Positions 1 through 13,475 of a stretch of DNA of 64,000 nt are shown piece after piece. Position 1 is the first letter of the stretch. Every line of letters starts with the position of its first letter. The stretch comes from Sporopachydermia quercuum (Eukaryota): positions 872,138 to 936,137 of the forward strand of contig BCGN01000004.1 in NCBI GenBank assembly GCA_001599295.1, written 5' to 3'. The notes beneath the pieces were generated by a model. That model worked only from the letters and a program-made list of their open reading frames with translations, did no database searches and had not been told where the DNA came from. The position numbers and the translations under genes are program-made.

Positions 1-1775
1 GCAGTAATTCTTTCATCTGAATTTCTAGCTTTTGCTTCATCGATTACTCTTTGCCAGTTTACAGAAAATAGATAAATAGTTTGAGAAATTCCAACGATCA
101 TTAATGCAATACCCATGCCAAACCATAAACCAGCTAATCCCCAGTTTAGATGGAACGCTGCAAAGAACGCTACTGGAAGTCCAATAACATAATATGTGAT
201 TAGATTAACAACTCCTCCAAATCTTTGAGCTCCAATACCTCTTAAACACCCACCAGATACTGCTGCAAGAGTATCAAACATTTGGATACAAGCAATAAGC
301 GGGAAAACACCAGAAACCAAGGATATAACACCGTCATCATTTGAAAACAATTTTGCAATTCCATTACGACAAGTAATAAAAACAACAGAATTAACAAATG
401 CCACTAACATTGATGAGGCAAGAGTTATCTTCATAGCCAGCTTAGCAGGGTCTTCCAAAGTTGCTCCTACAAAATTTGCAATTCTCGTTGAACCAGCGAT
501 GGAAAGTGCAAATGGCATTTGGTACGCTAAGGACGCCGTCGTCGATATAACACTTTGAGCTGCTAAGACAGTAGTTCCAAATTTAGATGAAGCTAAGGTC
601 ATGATTTCAAACGCTAAAAATTCCGCCATCACNGTAACTACACCAGGAATAGCCAACTTCAAAAGTGGTCCCCAATGGGAAAAACTGCTTTCAATTTGCA
701 GCCCATTCCAACATTTCCGGCCATCTACGAAAACCACATAGACCCATAGAAGTATTGCCATTAACCAATAACTAAAGGTCAATGCTAAAGGAGCACCGGC
801 AAATCCAAGACCAAAAGATGTGTTCCAGACAAGTGTCAAACTGAGTATTATATTTACGGGAGCACATAGTAGAAGAATATAAGTACCAGCATGAAAAATC
901 CCCTGTGCTTGAACAAATCTTTTTCCAGTTTCAAAGAAAATATAACCTGGCCCTCCAAAGACTATTACTCTTAAATACTGAGTTGCTAAAGTTACAAGAT
1001 ACTCATCAGTGATTATCAAGGATAGTATTGGTGCAGCGTTCCACCATATGATACAAACCGGTACATATGCAGTTAGAATTAGCGCTGAACCTCTTTGGAA
1101 ATACATTCCTACAGAATGGGGTTTGTTAGCACCATATGCTTGAGAGCAAAGGGTATCTAGTGCTGTAGCCATACCTTGGATCATTGAAAAACCGGTGATA
1201 TTCGCAGTCATTGTTGCTAGAGATACAGCAGCTAATTCTGTCTTGCCTAAATGACCCACAGCAAAAACTGATGTTACTGACATCGAGTACTGTAATAGGA
1301 AAGTGAGGATTAATGGGAGCGAGGATTTGGCTAGCGTGTATAATTCCCGACTAGAAGAAGAATGTATCTTCCCTTCGGCAATTGCTGTTTCCCAAACATC
1401 AGAAGTTGCAGAAACCTCATTTGCTAGCTCCACAATTGAGATTTTCCTATGTGCCGCTTGATCTGGTGATAACATTCTAGAAACGATCCCGTTGTCTAGA
1501 AGGAGTTCTTCTTGTTCATGCAACAGCTCTTCTGCATCTTCTGCTGGTACGATGTGATATGAACCTGGTGTTCGATTGACATTAGGTGAGAGTAATGGCG
1601 CTCCTTCTCCTAATTCCGACGATGACGGTGATTTGGTAAATATATCAGGTAAAACAAGTCCAGCTCTTCCTACCGAACCAATCACGACAGATCCTCTTCT
1701 AGTAGTTGATTTGAATCCCTTCGCATTTGGAACATCAAACGTCCCGGCAGCTTGGTCTTGAGAAGAATTAGTCAT
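1..1775 (-). CDS. MATE-family multidrug/toxin efflux transporter (ERC1-like), 3' end runs off the window
   Basis: Missing from the ORF track because there is no stop in the window. ATG at 1775 gives MTNSSQDQAAG. Contains MATE motifs GMATALDTLCSQAYGA, LAIPGVVTV.AEFLAFEI, STRIANFVGA and LRGIGAQKIGGVVNLITYYVIGLP. Frame is still open at the left edge (NWQRVIDEAKARN). Confidence 0.93.
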   Translation of the reverse strand, partial: MTNSSQDQAAGTFDVPNAKGFKSTTRRGSVVIGSVGRAGLVLPDIFTKSPSSSELGEGAPLLSPNVNRTPGSYHIVPAEDAEELLHEQEELLLDNGIVSRMLSPDQAAHRKISIVELANEVSATSDVWETAIAEGKIHSSSSRELYTLAKSSLPLILTFLLQYSMSVTSVFAVGHLGKTELAAVSLATMTANITGFSMIQGMATALDTLCSQAYGANKPHSVGMYFQRGSALILTAYVPVCIIWWNAAPILSLIITDEYLVTLATQYLRVIVFGGPGYIFFETGKRFVQAQGIFHAGTYILLLCAPVNIILSLTLVWNTSFGLGFAGAPLALTFSYWLMAILLWVYVVFVDGRKCWNGLQIESSFSHWGPLLKLAIPGVVXVMAEFLAFEIMTLASSKFGTTVLAAQSVISTTASLAYQMPFALSIAGSTRIANFVGATLEDPAKLAMKITLASSMLVAFVNSVVFITCRNGIAKLFSNDDGVISLVSGVFPLIACIQMFDTLAAVSGGCLRGIGAQRFGGVVNLITYYVIGLPVAFFAAFHLNWGLAGLWFGMGIALMIVGISQTIYLFSVNWQRVIDEAKARNSDERIT

Positions 1776-3689
1776 TCTAAGTCTTCACTTAAGTTTATGC
1801 TCTGAATGTTCGCACGAGCCTATAGAAAACACTCCAATCCGATTTAACAAGTGAATTTCTACCAAAAATATTAATTAGTTCAATTGTTGATGTTCGTGAG
1901 CTGGTGTTATTTACTTTCCTTGAGAATGATAAGGAAAAAATGGTAACCCAGAGAATAAGATAAGGTTTCAGGTAGGTGAAAAAAAGGTTTTGATTAAGGT
2001 TGTCGTGATATCTACTCGGATAAATTTCAGCATATAAAGAAACATTTGGATTCTTTGATTTTAATTTAGTGAGAGCGCCAAGCTAGTTAACTAATCATAA
2101 AATTAGGCCCACAGATTTAGATAAAAAAAATAAGAAGTGCTTAATTACTTATCGTGAGAAATAGAGCACAGTATTATGTTGATTACAAGATGAAGGAGAA
2201 AATTACGGCTTCCAGCAAGTTAAAGTTCAAAGATTAGAACTGTGTTTAAATATCACGTAATCTTCAACTCACATCTAAATGGGATAACCAGAATTTAGCT
2301 TTCAATCAGTCAAGAGACTTTCATGCATTAGCTGATAGTTGCCTGTCATTTAAATAAATAGAGGAAGTTTACTCAGCTATATTGAGCGGCCGTTTCCTTT
2401 GTTAGATTTAATGATCTGAAGTCCTTTGATGATAAGGTTTTCAAGTAATAAAAAGCTTTGATAGGCATGAAGGAGAGTTAATATTCAAATTGCCATAGCT
2501 GTATGGCAATTCTGTACGGAGATGGATTCCATGGATTGACATCAGTGAACTAGTCTTCTCCTTGAAGCAGAACTTTGGAACATAACTCCCGTGAAGAGAC
2601 CAAGTCGACCAAGTCGAACGAAATATTAATTCGTTTCATCGATACTTATCNGACTCAAAATTGGTCAACCATTCCATTTATTGCATCAACTTGTACCAGT
2701 TGTTTGATTATTTGTCTGCAACTATTTCCCCGCCATTTCGGAATAACCAGGAATAAAAGTCACATGATATCATCCCTGTTTCCGGACCTCGAAAACAACA
2801 GCTACATATATGTTATAAGAGGAAACCCCTTACAAGCTGATGATGTAAGTAAATAGAGACGTTTACAGTCCTATAATGCATTTTCCTTCTATCATATATT
2901 CTCCTTCTCATACATCACACATTATAACTTCTGTTCACTATTATGTGAAGGGTATTCATCTCCCATAGAATCAGTTCGTTCCGCCTTCCCTACTTTCTAC
3001 GAAGTTCTCTCAATCAAGTAATTCATCTCACATCAACCCCCTTTCTGCTTGGTACAACACGTATGAAAGGTTAAAGAAAGGAAAAAATAGATAATAATAA
3101 AAAAAAATAAACAATTTCAAGTAAAACTAAACATCAAGCAAATTCTTATAGTCTCGAAGGTAAATAAATAAAAAATTAGTTTACTTGACGTGTGGAACTG
3201 AAGCTTTGATTCTTTCTTGGTGATAAATTTGAGACAACTGGTTATATTCAAAGGAGCAATTGGTGTCTGTGAATGTTCACATCAGAATGTCCCTATGAGT
3301 ATTTTCAGTATATTATAAGTTTTGTGTTCAGCTTCTACTTGCTTTATGAATTGAAAGAGATATTCTGTGTTGTTTTTTGTCCTTCATTGTTTGTCGAGCA
3401 ACGTATTTAGGAAAAAGGAAAATAAGTGTCAAGATAACTAATACAGATCGTGATTTGTCACTTCTAGCAAAACGACCAGCAGTTCACATCGAAAGAATTC
3501 ATCGAAAGAAAACACGATAGCATACACACGACAGCTTTGTTACGACTATTTCCAATAACATTNCCCAATTGGAGAAATAGCGGCTGAATTAATTACATTC
3601 CATAAAGTCCACGAGCTCTAATTTCCTTGAAGTTATTTTTACTTCATTCAGATTTTTTCTATCTAGTGTTTACATACACTGATTATGAA

Positions 3690-5573
3690 ATGAATTTTTA
3701 TGTCCCCGACCCAGAAGATAAGGCCTCTACTTCCGTGAGACCATTGGTTTCATCTTCCAAACAAAAAATTGGATCTAAAGGACCAAAACCGTTGGAAGGG
3801 TTGGATTCTCGACCATCTTTTTCACCACAGAATGATGAATTTCATGAGTATGACACTGGGATAGACTCCCCGCCAGCCTACACGGCATCGTCTACACAAT
3901 CAGAATCCCCTGTCAACAACTTCCCTTCTAGTAACATCAATATTCAAAGTATACCAAACGGCACCATAGAACCAAGCATGAGACGGAAGCTATCTGGATG
4001 GATAGCCCACAACCCCTTATCTAAGAAGTTCTCTGACTCAACATTAGGGAAGGTGTTGATAAAATACATCAGATTTATAGGACCAGGTATTATGGTTTCA
4101 GTAGCTTATATGGATCCTGGAAATTACTCTACGGCCGTTTCTGCTGGAGCATCATACCAATATCATTTGCTATTTGCTATATTTCTTTCTAATATATTTG
4201 CTGCATTTCTACAATCGTTATGCACCAAATTGGGAGCTGTTACTGGGTTAGATCTGGCTCGGAACTGTCGCGAGCATTTGCCTACATGGCTAAATATTTT
4301 TATATATATTCTAGCAGAGATTTCTATCATTGCTACAGACCTAGCAGAAGTAGTAGGAACAGCTATTGCATTGAACATTTTATTTAACATTCCTTTATTC
4401 TTAGGTGTGGTCTTGACAATTATTGACGTTCTTATTGTTTTAATGGCATATAGACCTAATGGACCTATGAAGATAGTGAGACTATTTGAAAATATTGTTG
4501 CATTTTTTGTGGTCTTGACAGTGGTGTGCTTTTCAGTGGAGATTGCTAGCATTTCAAGTGACTTAAATGCTCAGGAGGTGTTTGCAGGATTCTTACCTTC
4601 AAAATACGTCGTGGAGAAAGATGGACTTTACTTATCCCTAGCAATCTTAGGGGCAACTGTTATGCCTCATTCACTTTATTTAGGATCTGGTCTAGTTCAA
4701 CCACGCTTAAAAGAGTTTGATAAAGAACATGGTCATAGAACGGAAGAAGAATGTAACGAAGAAGGATATAAACCTACTATTCATTCCATCAAGTATGCTA
4801 TGAATTATTCTATCGTTGAAGTAATTATATCTCTCTTTACAGTTGCATTATTTGTGAATTCTGCCATTTTGATAGTTGCGGGTGCTACCCTATACGATGT
4901 TGATGGAGATGGCGACCAAGAAAAAACCGACTTGGGCGCAGACTTGTATTCAATTTACAAAATGCTGTCTATACATTTAGGACAATCCGCAGGTATAATA
5001 TTCGCCTTAGCGTTGTTGTTTTCTGGACAGTCTGCTGGAATTGTGTGTACACTTGCAGGTCAAATGGTTTCAGAAGGATTCTTGAACTGGACTCTTAGTC
5101 CATGGTTGAGAAGAATTATCACGAGAGCTATAGCAATTATTCCCTGTTTGGGACTGGCACTTATTTCCGGGAGCGATGAAGAAGCACGCGACTGGCTCGC
5201 AGGTGCATTAAATGGATCACAAGTAGTATTATCTCTTTTATTACCCGTTGTTTCTGCACCAATTGTTTTTTTCACTTGTAATAAGAAAATTATGCGAGTG
5301 GAAGAATCATACTCCCAGATAGGACAAACTGGGCTGGAAGATTTCGAGAATAACGATTTGACAGGAACAGATCAGAATGTCATGCTGCAAGACTGGCCGA
5401 ATGATAATGGTGATACTGAGGATGATCACCAATTGGCCAATGGCGATACCGAACAAATGGGACCTCGCTTTAAAGATATGAGTAATGGGCCTCTTGTAAG
5501 AGTGTGCTCATTTGCCATCTGGGGATTCATATCTGCATTAAATTTATTTTTAATTTTTTCTATGATGTTTTAA
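3690..5573 (+). CDS. NRAMP-family divalent metal (Mn/Fe) transporter, Smf1/Smf2-like
   Basis: GPGIMVSVAYMDPGNY and GATVMPHSLYLGS NRAMP signatures. First ATG is at 3690 (ORF track starts at an upstream TTG). Confidence 0.95.
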   Translation: MNFYVPDPEDKASTSVRPLVSSSKQKIGSKGPKPLEGLDSRPSFSPQNDEFHEYDTGIDSPPAYTASSTQSESPVNNFPSSNINIQSIPNGTIEPSMRRKLSGWIAHNPLSKKFSDSTLGKVLIKYIRFIGPGIMVSVAYMDPGNYSTAVSAGASYQYHLLFAIFLSNIFAAFLQSLCTKLGAVTGLDLARNCREHLPTWLNIFIYILAEISIIATDLAEVVGTAIALNILFNIPLFLGVVLTIIDVLIVLMAYRPNGPMKIVRLFENIVAFFVVLTVVCFSVEIASISSDLNAQEVFAGFLPSKYVVEKDGLYLSLAILGATVMPHSLYLGSGLVQPRLKEFDKEHGHRTEEECNEEGYKPTIHSIKYAMNYSIVEVIISLFTVALFVNSAILIVAGATLYDVDGDGDQEKTDLGADLYSIYKMLSIHLGQSAGIIFALALLFSGQSAGIVCTLAGQMVSEGFLNWTLSPWLRRIITRAIAIIPCLGLALISGSDEEARDWLAGALNGSQVVLSLLLPVVSAPIVFFTCNKKIMRVEESYSQIGQTGLEDFENNDLTGTDQNVMLQDWPNDNGDTEDDHQLANGDTEQMGPRFKDMSNGPLVRVCSFAIWGFISALNLFLIFSMMF

Positions 5574-6242
5574 TTAGTTGCATAGGTAGAATAGAACATT
5601 AGANTATAGATTCTGTTGTATTTTGTATATTTACACCAGTTTATTTTGCGTTCGAATTGATGTGCTCCATCAGTCAACAAAGACATAACAAGCCATAATA
5701 TTCACAGTTATACAATCGAATAAGTGCATGATGGTTAAGAAATTTCTTTCGGAAGTTGTGTAAAATTAAATAATCTTCATTTAAATGCCCAATTATTTAT
5801 TTTCACATTACCTTCCAAATGGTTTGAATCAGATACTCTTGGTAAAGTTTGGAAGCCATGCACTTCTTATGCAGTTTATCTGCATCTTAAGATTTCAGTT
5901 TATCTTTCCCTCACTATGTACATGTCACTTTCTAATTTGAATGCCGGATTTAAAGCCAATCTTCCTTCGGCAGCGAAGTGATTGTCTGATGTGTGGTGAG
6001 CTGCGACAGAACGTTCTTTTACCTGCCCAGAAGGTGTTTGTTACAAGTGGAATTTCGAGTAGTTGCTGCGAATTATTTTCCAGTTGACAGATTTCAATAT
6101 TATTTTCGGTTTTCAATAAACATATAGCTGGAAAATTAATATTCAGTAGAACAATTGATTTGTTAGTTGGACTAGGGAATAGATTGAGGAAAGGATCAGT
6201 GTAGAGTGAAGATACGTGTTAGATTAGCAACAAGTGACAAAC

Positions 6243-7390
6243 ATGTCTAAAGAATATACGGTAAGTAATTTATTCTACTATGGATATGAAAGCGGATCGA
6301 GCCGAATAATCTGAAATTGAATAATAGATAACTAATATAATATTAATTTTAGGAAGAAGAATGGCTGTAAGTTAATACTGGTAATGTTTATTAGATTCAA
6401 ACTAATTGATCGATGTAGGATTGGCAGATAAATTGATGGCCTACTAGGAGTTGGTGTCAGGCAGAATNACTTAATTACTAACGATCATTGTCAAGTGCAT
6501 CATTCCCTCAGCAATGCCCTCCAGGAACACCTGAAGGATTTCCAGGTAATTTAACTCCTGAGCAGGAACAAAAGGTCATAATTCTGCGAAATTCCTTGAA
6601 AGGAGAAGGATACAGCAAAAGATTGGATGATGGTACCTTATTGAGATTCCTTAGAGCTCGTAAATTCGATGTAGCAAAAGCAAAGGAAATGTTCATCAAT
6701 TGTGAAAAATGGAGAAAAGAGTTTGGAACAGATACTATTCTGGAAGATTTCAAATATGTTGAGAAACCAAAGGTTGCCAAATATTATCCTCAATATTACC
6801 ATAAGATTGATAAAGATGGTCGTCCTGTGTATGTCGAGGAATTAGGTAAAGTGAATATTCCTGAGATGTATAAATTGACAACACAAGAAAGGATGTTAAA
6901 GAATCTTGTTTGGGAATACGAAGCCTTTGTCAAATATAGGTTACCAGCATGCTCTCGGAAAATGAATTATTTGGTAGAAACTTCTTGTACTATCATGGAT
7001 TTGAAGGGAATTTCGCTTTCTCAAATTTCTCAAGTACTCAGTTATGTTAGAGAGGCTTCAAACATTGGACAGAACTATTATCCTGAAAGAATGGGTAAAT
7101 TTTATATGATCAATGCTCCTTTTGGATTTGCCACTGCTTTCAAGATCTTCAAGCCATTCCTTGATCCTGTTACTGTATCTAAGATCTTCATCCTTGGGTC
7201 ATCTTATAAGACAGAATTATTAAAACAAATCCCTGCTGAAAATTTACCTCCACGATTTGGGGGTAAGAGTGATGTAGAAGGAGATGAAATTTATCTGGCT
7301 GATGTGGGTCCATGGAGAGATCCCCAATATGTTGGAATCGAAGGTGAAGCCCCTCATGTTTATCCATTAGATTCTGTTTCTTCTTCTTAA
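6243..7390 (+). CDS. SEC14: Phosphatidylinositol/phosphatidylcholine transfer protein; exons 6243-6260, 6353-6366, 6496-7390
   Basis: [25 protein letters not shown] and [12 protein letters not shown] motifs. Two GTAAGT introns with ACTAAT/TACTAAC branch points give N-terminus [20 protein letters not shown]. Confidence 0.96.
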
Positions 7391-10336
7391 GACTTCAACT
7401 GGAATACCGTATTTCAACTAGTGACTAGGGAATTTCAGCAATATATATTCTTAAATTCTGTGTACATGTGTGTACTTGTACTATTATGACATGAGTGTAG
7501 TGTGATACTATTGCAAAAGTGATAGAATTAATTATTATCGGAGTCAAGATTCATTGTTACTTTCACGGGAAATCAATCATTTACAACTCTCAACCAACTG
7601 GATAGTAATACATCTCTGAACCTGTGATATATAGANAATCAAAAATTTCGTTCGATTATGTACGCAGATAACTAAGACCTCATCGCATACTACCAGATTG
7701 TGTTCTTTCTTTTTATATCTTTAAACTTTTTTTTTGCTGTATCCCTTATTTTTTCCTTGTTTTTCATCATCTTATTGACCTTACTCTTCTTTCTCGGAAT
7801 CCCCGGCTGTTAGTAAATACTATAGTTTCAAACAGCCTTGCTGGGTCTAAATGAAGGCTATGTTGATATCAAAGTTTTATGCAAATCCCTTACATATAGC
7901 TTTAGTCAAACAAATCTAAATGACAAGAAAAGAAACAANTATCGTATCCATGATAAAACCAATAAAAGACATAAAAGAGAGACTACTGATTCACATACAT
8001 AAAATCAATTCAGTAAAAGGGAGCAAAATCGCAATGAATCATTTCCGTATACACGTAGCTGAGAAAAGACATACAAAGAGAAATGCTTGTAAGATGCTCA
8101 TGTTTATGGGATGTATAGATAGGTACTCATCTGGTAATATTCCGTTAATAGAAACTCAATAGTTTGAGCCTCATACTGAAAATTCCCTTTCTGAAGAGTT
8201 TTGTTTGAACAAAATTGATCAAACGTTGGTATCTCTTTCAAAGCAATTAAGAGTGTCAGTTCGTTTCCTTGCTTTACGCATTCAACGTTAATTATATATA
8301 GCTTTGCCTACTGTTTACAATTCAAACTGTTATTCACTTTCGATTAGGATCCTATATTGATTGATTACCACTAATAGTAATAAAATTATTACTGTCATAC
8401 TTCAGAACTCTTTGGACTATGTTTTCCTCCGGTTTTAAGTCAATTGAATTCAAAACTGAAGCCAACTAGTTTCATTAGAGATTATCAATTGATTTTTTAT
8501 ACCTTATGTTGTTCCCTTCAACCCTACCTAAGGCGGGTGTTCCGCCTTACCTCTTGTATACATAAAATAAATCCTGCGAACATGAGTTAAAATGAGAAAC
8601 TCGCATCACGACATCAAGAAATGAAGAATCCAAGATCAATTTCTGCTTATAAACGATAATAAACATCATTATGTAAAATCAAATAGTTTTTACTCGTTCT
8701 TTCGATGTAAAGAAACTAAAGATCTCTCAATACCAAAAATGGAAATACTAGATTTTCAAGAATATCATATCCTATTAATGAATGTTTCACTGCATCATCC
8801 AGTTTGATTCAACATATGGAAATAGCAAAAGACCAAAAAATCTTAATTATTTACATAATTGATACATTCTTTGACATTATCAATAACCCAGTTATGTATT
8901 ATAACTTTTAGGGAGTTTAAGAACTAAAACATTTCATGAGTTTAAACCGTCGGCAATAATTAGATTATCACATTCCGATTGTTCGCGATTATTCAATGAT
9001 ACTGTTGACGCATATTTCTGCATGAAATCATCATTAACTTTGTTCTTTTTCTTTTTCTTTTTCTTCTTCGATATTTCTGTTATTCCAATGATTCGTATTA
9101 ACGGTTAATCAGTGATATATTTTGGATAGTATGAAGAAAGATTTGATTTGTTGTGTTCATGTTTGATGATAATCCATAATGTTGATTGTTCTATTAATAA
9201 ATACTTCGAATATTCATCAACAACTAGTAAACCAAAACTTTATTCACTTTTTTATGTCTCTACACACCAAGTGATGCTTTGCAGTGTTGAACCTTAATTG
9301 ACTCAATAGCATTCATCAAAATTGTTTTCTTGCCGAGTTTAACAAACAGATTGTAGATTCTGTATCAAAACTTTTCAAAGATTTGACCGTATTAATAAAT
9401 TAAAATACACATATATATTTGATATTGAAAACTTTTAACAACTAATTGAACAAAGTTCGATTAAAACGCGAAGATTTTATTACGTTCTCTAACCAATACG
9501 ATTAAGCTCTCATCTAACCAACCATTAATTTCATTTAATAGGTATACTTAATGCATTATCATGCATAATCTCGGAGTTANTTTGAATTTTTGCCCGCCAA
9601 ATGAACCCAAAGTATATCCTTTAGATCAGTCTAAATCGCATGTTGAGACTTAATTCCAGGCAAAATTGTCAGATAGTACTTACTTTCCTCAAAACTGTCC
9701 CTAGTTAACAATTAGTGGAAATGTACGAAAGATCCAACCACAGAGCTTGTCCCGCCTAAAATCCTTCTGTGATTTGTTTCCACATATTGAATTGTAATGA
9801 AAACAAATACTCTTTCTTTCAGTTTGTTAACAGAGCAAATCATTCTATTGATACATCTATTGAGTCCTGGTAAGACAAGTCTACTAATAACATTGTGTTG
9901 TTTTTCTTGTTCATGAAGACTGTGCTGAATCAGCAGACAACCGAGTCTTCCAAGCTAGAAAGAAACCAAGAAAAACTTTCTGAACATCAACCATATGTAG
10001 GTTTTATGAAGACTTGATCAACAAATATTTAATGGAAACAAGAATTAGATATCCGCGAAGATTTCATTGACTACAGTATAGCAAGGAACTGTTCAATTGA
10101 CAACTTTCATTCTTTATATTGTCTTACTGTTTGGCTGCCAAGAAATCCAAACCGTCAGATAGTTGAACAACTTTTTAGCGGTTTTATTCAGAGGAAGTAT
10201 ACACTCACAATATTGAAAAGTTGGAAGTTTTAATGACAGGGCAAGAAATTACAACTGTGATTTGTACTCCTATTATTCTTAATTGAAGGAGATAAGAGGA
10301 ATCTGGTATTCTAGTTCAATTGATAGTATTTTAAAT

Positions 10337-12978
10337 ATGGCTCGATCAACAAACGTCCTTTCTCGTAAGTAGTTTTCTTCTCCTTACCTGACATCAATTA
10401 GCACTTCAGCATTTATATATATTAACGTCCAATGACAATACTAACAAGCTGTGATTTAGTCGGTACCAATCCTGGTGTTGGATTTCTTGCTTGGCAATTG
10501 AACTTCTCTGATGCTGTTGATTTAACAATTATGAATAATTCTGTTGTTGATCAAAATGGCTCACAATGGTCGACACCTTTAGGAAATTATCGGTTCAATC
10601 CTGTTAATAAATTCAACACAACCGAGGAAATAGTAAAACAAGGTAAAATATATGATGTAATACTAATTTCGATATCTTCTCTTCAGGACATCAAAAAGAT
10701 ATGTGATACCCTGGGTTTGATCATTTCAAGCTGTTTCGGAGGAAACTCATATATTGTTATCGAATCAACGTGTTGTATTCGAATTGAGAGTCTGTTTGAG
10801 CACGCTTTTCCAAGTATTCCAATAATATCGATTCTTCTTGATGGTGATATAAGAAGAATTCACAATCAAAGATTTGACTATTTTCAAAAGTCCACAACAA
10901 TAAACTTATACGTGGGATCAACGTCTTTAAGTAACTCTTCTACCTCACAATTGAAAGCTCNAATCGAAGGTTCAATAAACAACTTCCGACAAGTTCTACA
11001 AATTGCATGCCCTAAGTTTCCTGTTACAAGTTTCAATAATTCTATCGAATTTTTGGAGGTACAATGGAAACTAGCAACCCCAGTGATTGTTTTCCAGTTC
11101 CTTTCCATTTTCTTTGAATGTCCAAACCCAACTGATCTTTTGAATCTGATTTTGGCGAAACCACTCATATCAGGTCTTATTATAGAACTACTGGATCTAT
11201 CCAAAGCAATGGGATGTCAAACAAGCAATGCAGTGAACTATGAAAAACAGATCAGCAGTGAGTTTCTTTCCATGTCGTCACAAAATTCCAGCAAGTCATC
11301 GCAATTACCAATTTACCTCGATACAAANATGAGCTTTTACAACTTTTACCATCAATACCCAATCAATGTAGACACTATTTTATTGCAACCGATTTTACTA
11401 GCTGATGACTATGGACAAAAAACGCCTTACCTTGAGTTTTTATATGCAGTTATCTCGCACTATGTCAATATGAACACAAGTCAAAATAAATCAATTCTTT
11501 TTATACGGAAGCCGCTTCCCTTTTCTACGGGTCCGTCTTCTTTTGGGTATAAAGAACCGAATTCGAAAACAATGCCCAATAGCAACCTGGAANCGTTTAC
11601 TGATAGTGGCTCAGCAACACCAGATTTAAAAGAGTTGGCAGAATTCACTGAGTATGGGAACTCTTTTGATAACGCTATAGGATCGCCGTCATACAAAAGT
11701 AACTCGTCTACATCTTCATCGTCGGATCCTCAACAAATTCAATCAGGTAGTACTATTAAACCTGGAAACTTTAATAAACTGAATTCTGGTTCTGGTTCTT
11801 CACTTTCGTTTCACCCCTCATCGAGATTAGAGAAAGAAGCAGAACTCCTAAGAAGAGAAGAGCTGATTTATGCAAAGGAAATTGAACTTGGACTTCGTAA
11901 AGTCCCTGGAGGGCAGACATCAGCAAACTCAGCACAGCCTGTAAATAACTTGGGAGTTCAATCCGATCTACCATTTGTCCCACCCCCTTCTTTGAACGGA
12001 ATGAATGGCCATTATTCTAGGCCCTCATCAGCTTCTTCACTATCATTATCAATGTCAGGGTACATCAATGGGTTACCTCAATCTTCAAGACAAAGGAACA
12101 CGAAACCTCCAACTGGATATAGAAAGTCAAGGCAAGAATCAAGAGCAACTTTAATACTTGATGAAGATATGGATGTGGATCATAGTGAACCAATGGCTCC
12201 TCTTCCTTCTCAAACAGTTGACAATATTGACATGATGAGTGTAACTCAAAGACGATCTCGTCGAACCATATCCTCAAAGTCGAGATCATATTCAGATCTA
12301 TTAGCCCTAGGTCCTGGAGGTCCAGGATTGAGTACACCATCATCGCCTACTTCTGTTAATCAATCTAGATCAAAATTCCCTGGCCAATCTTCTTTGTCAG
12401 AGTTTCCTTATACAGGTCAATTTGGGACAGCCGGTGTTAGACATGGGTCATACTCGAGCGGAATACGATCTCCAAATCAAGTCAATAGACCGTTAGATCC
12501 AATATACTATGTTCCTCCGACTCCAAAAGCGAACTATGGCCCCAAAGTATCACCAAGATTGAAACAAAGGGAGTTTACCCGAAGCAATACTCTCAATATG
12601 TCCAACAGTAATGGTTCTCTGAACAATATTGCTAATAATAACTTCTCGAATTCATACGGGACTCCCTCCAATGGAACGAATACAAAAATTGGAGCTCCGT
12701 CTTTTCCTTCAGGTAACAGAGGAAATAGCTCAAATGATACGGTTCAAGAGCAAAGACGTGTCATTAATTTGGATAGTAAAACAGCTCCAGATAATGATAC
12801 TACACACAATACAATGAGAAACGATAGAGATTCTGCCGCCATGATGAATAAATCCAATAGTAAGGTTTCTTTGACCTCGCAATCAACAGCAGGTATGAAC
12901 GGTCAAAAAGAGACAAGTACCAAAAGTGGTAGGGGGTTCTTTGGATTTCGTAGAAAGAAAAGTAAGAACAAGAAATAA
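10337..12978 (+). CDS. SVL3: Svl3/Pam1-family protein (N-terminal ApbA-like fold, long Ser/Asn-rich tail); exons 10337-10364, 10460-12978
   Basis: Intron GTAAGT(10365)..TACTAAC..TAG(10459) gives MARSTNVLSLGTNP. Motifs SISSLQ, ILAKPLISGLI.EL and LLQPILLADDYG.KTPYLEFLY resemble Svl3/Pam1. Neighbourhood with EGD1 agrees. Confidence 0.85.
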
Positions 12979-13475
12979 CGCCAGAAATCTGCTTTTAAGT
13001 ATAGTATAGAATAATGAAATCCTAATTTATTAATCAAGTTCCTCTTTATTTTTTCGCTCCGTAAGTCATGAATGTTTCACTTTAAATCACGATCTGTCCT
13101 TTATATAAAACTCTGTTGTGTGATACAACGTTTATTGCCTTTCTCAGTCATAAATCTATACTTTCATGCTATAGAACTTATTTCATCAGACTTGATGATC
13201 ATTAGACAAATCAGTTAGTGTATGCCTTTTAACGATTATGTAATCATAAAAGGTGTTGATATTTTCGTGATTGAAATTACTCAAGCTTCTCAGTACATCT
13301 TGTCACTAACCCACAAAGGCAAAATGTCGACAGAAAATAGGAAGTGATTGAAAAATATGAAAATNACAAACTCTGACCCCACCTTATATCTGAGGAAGGC
13401 CAAACGATCGAATATGAGGTATTGGTAATTTTNAAATATTCAGACCTTGAAATAATAAATTAATAACACGACAAA

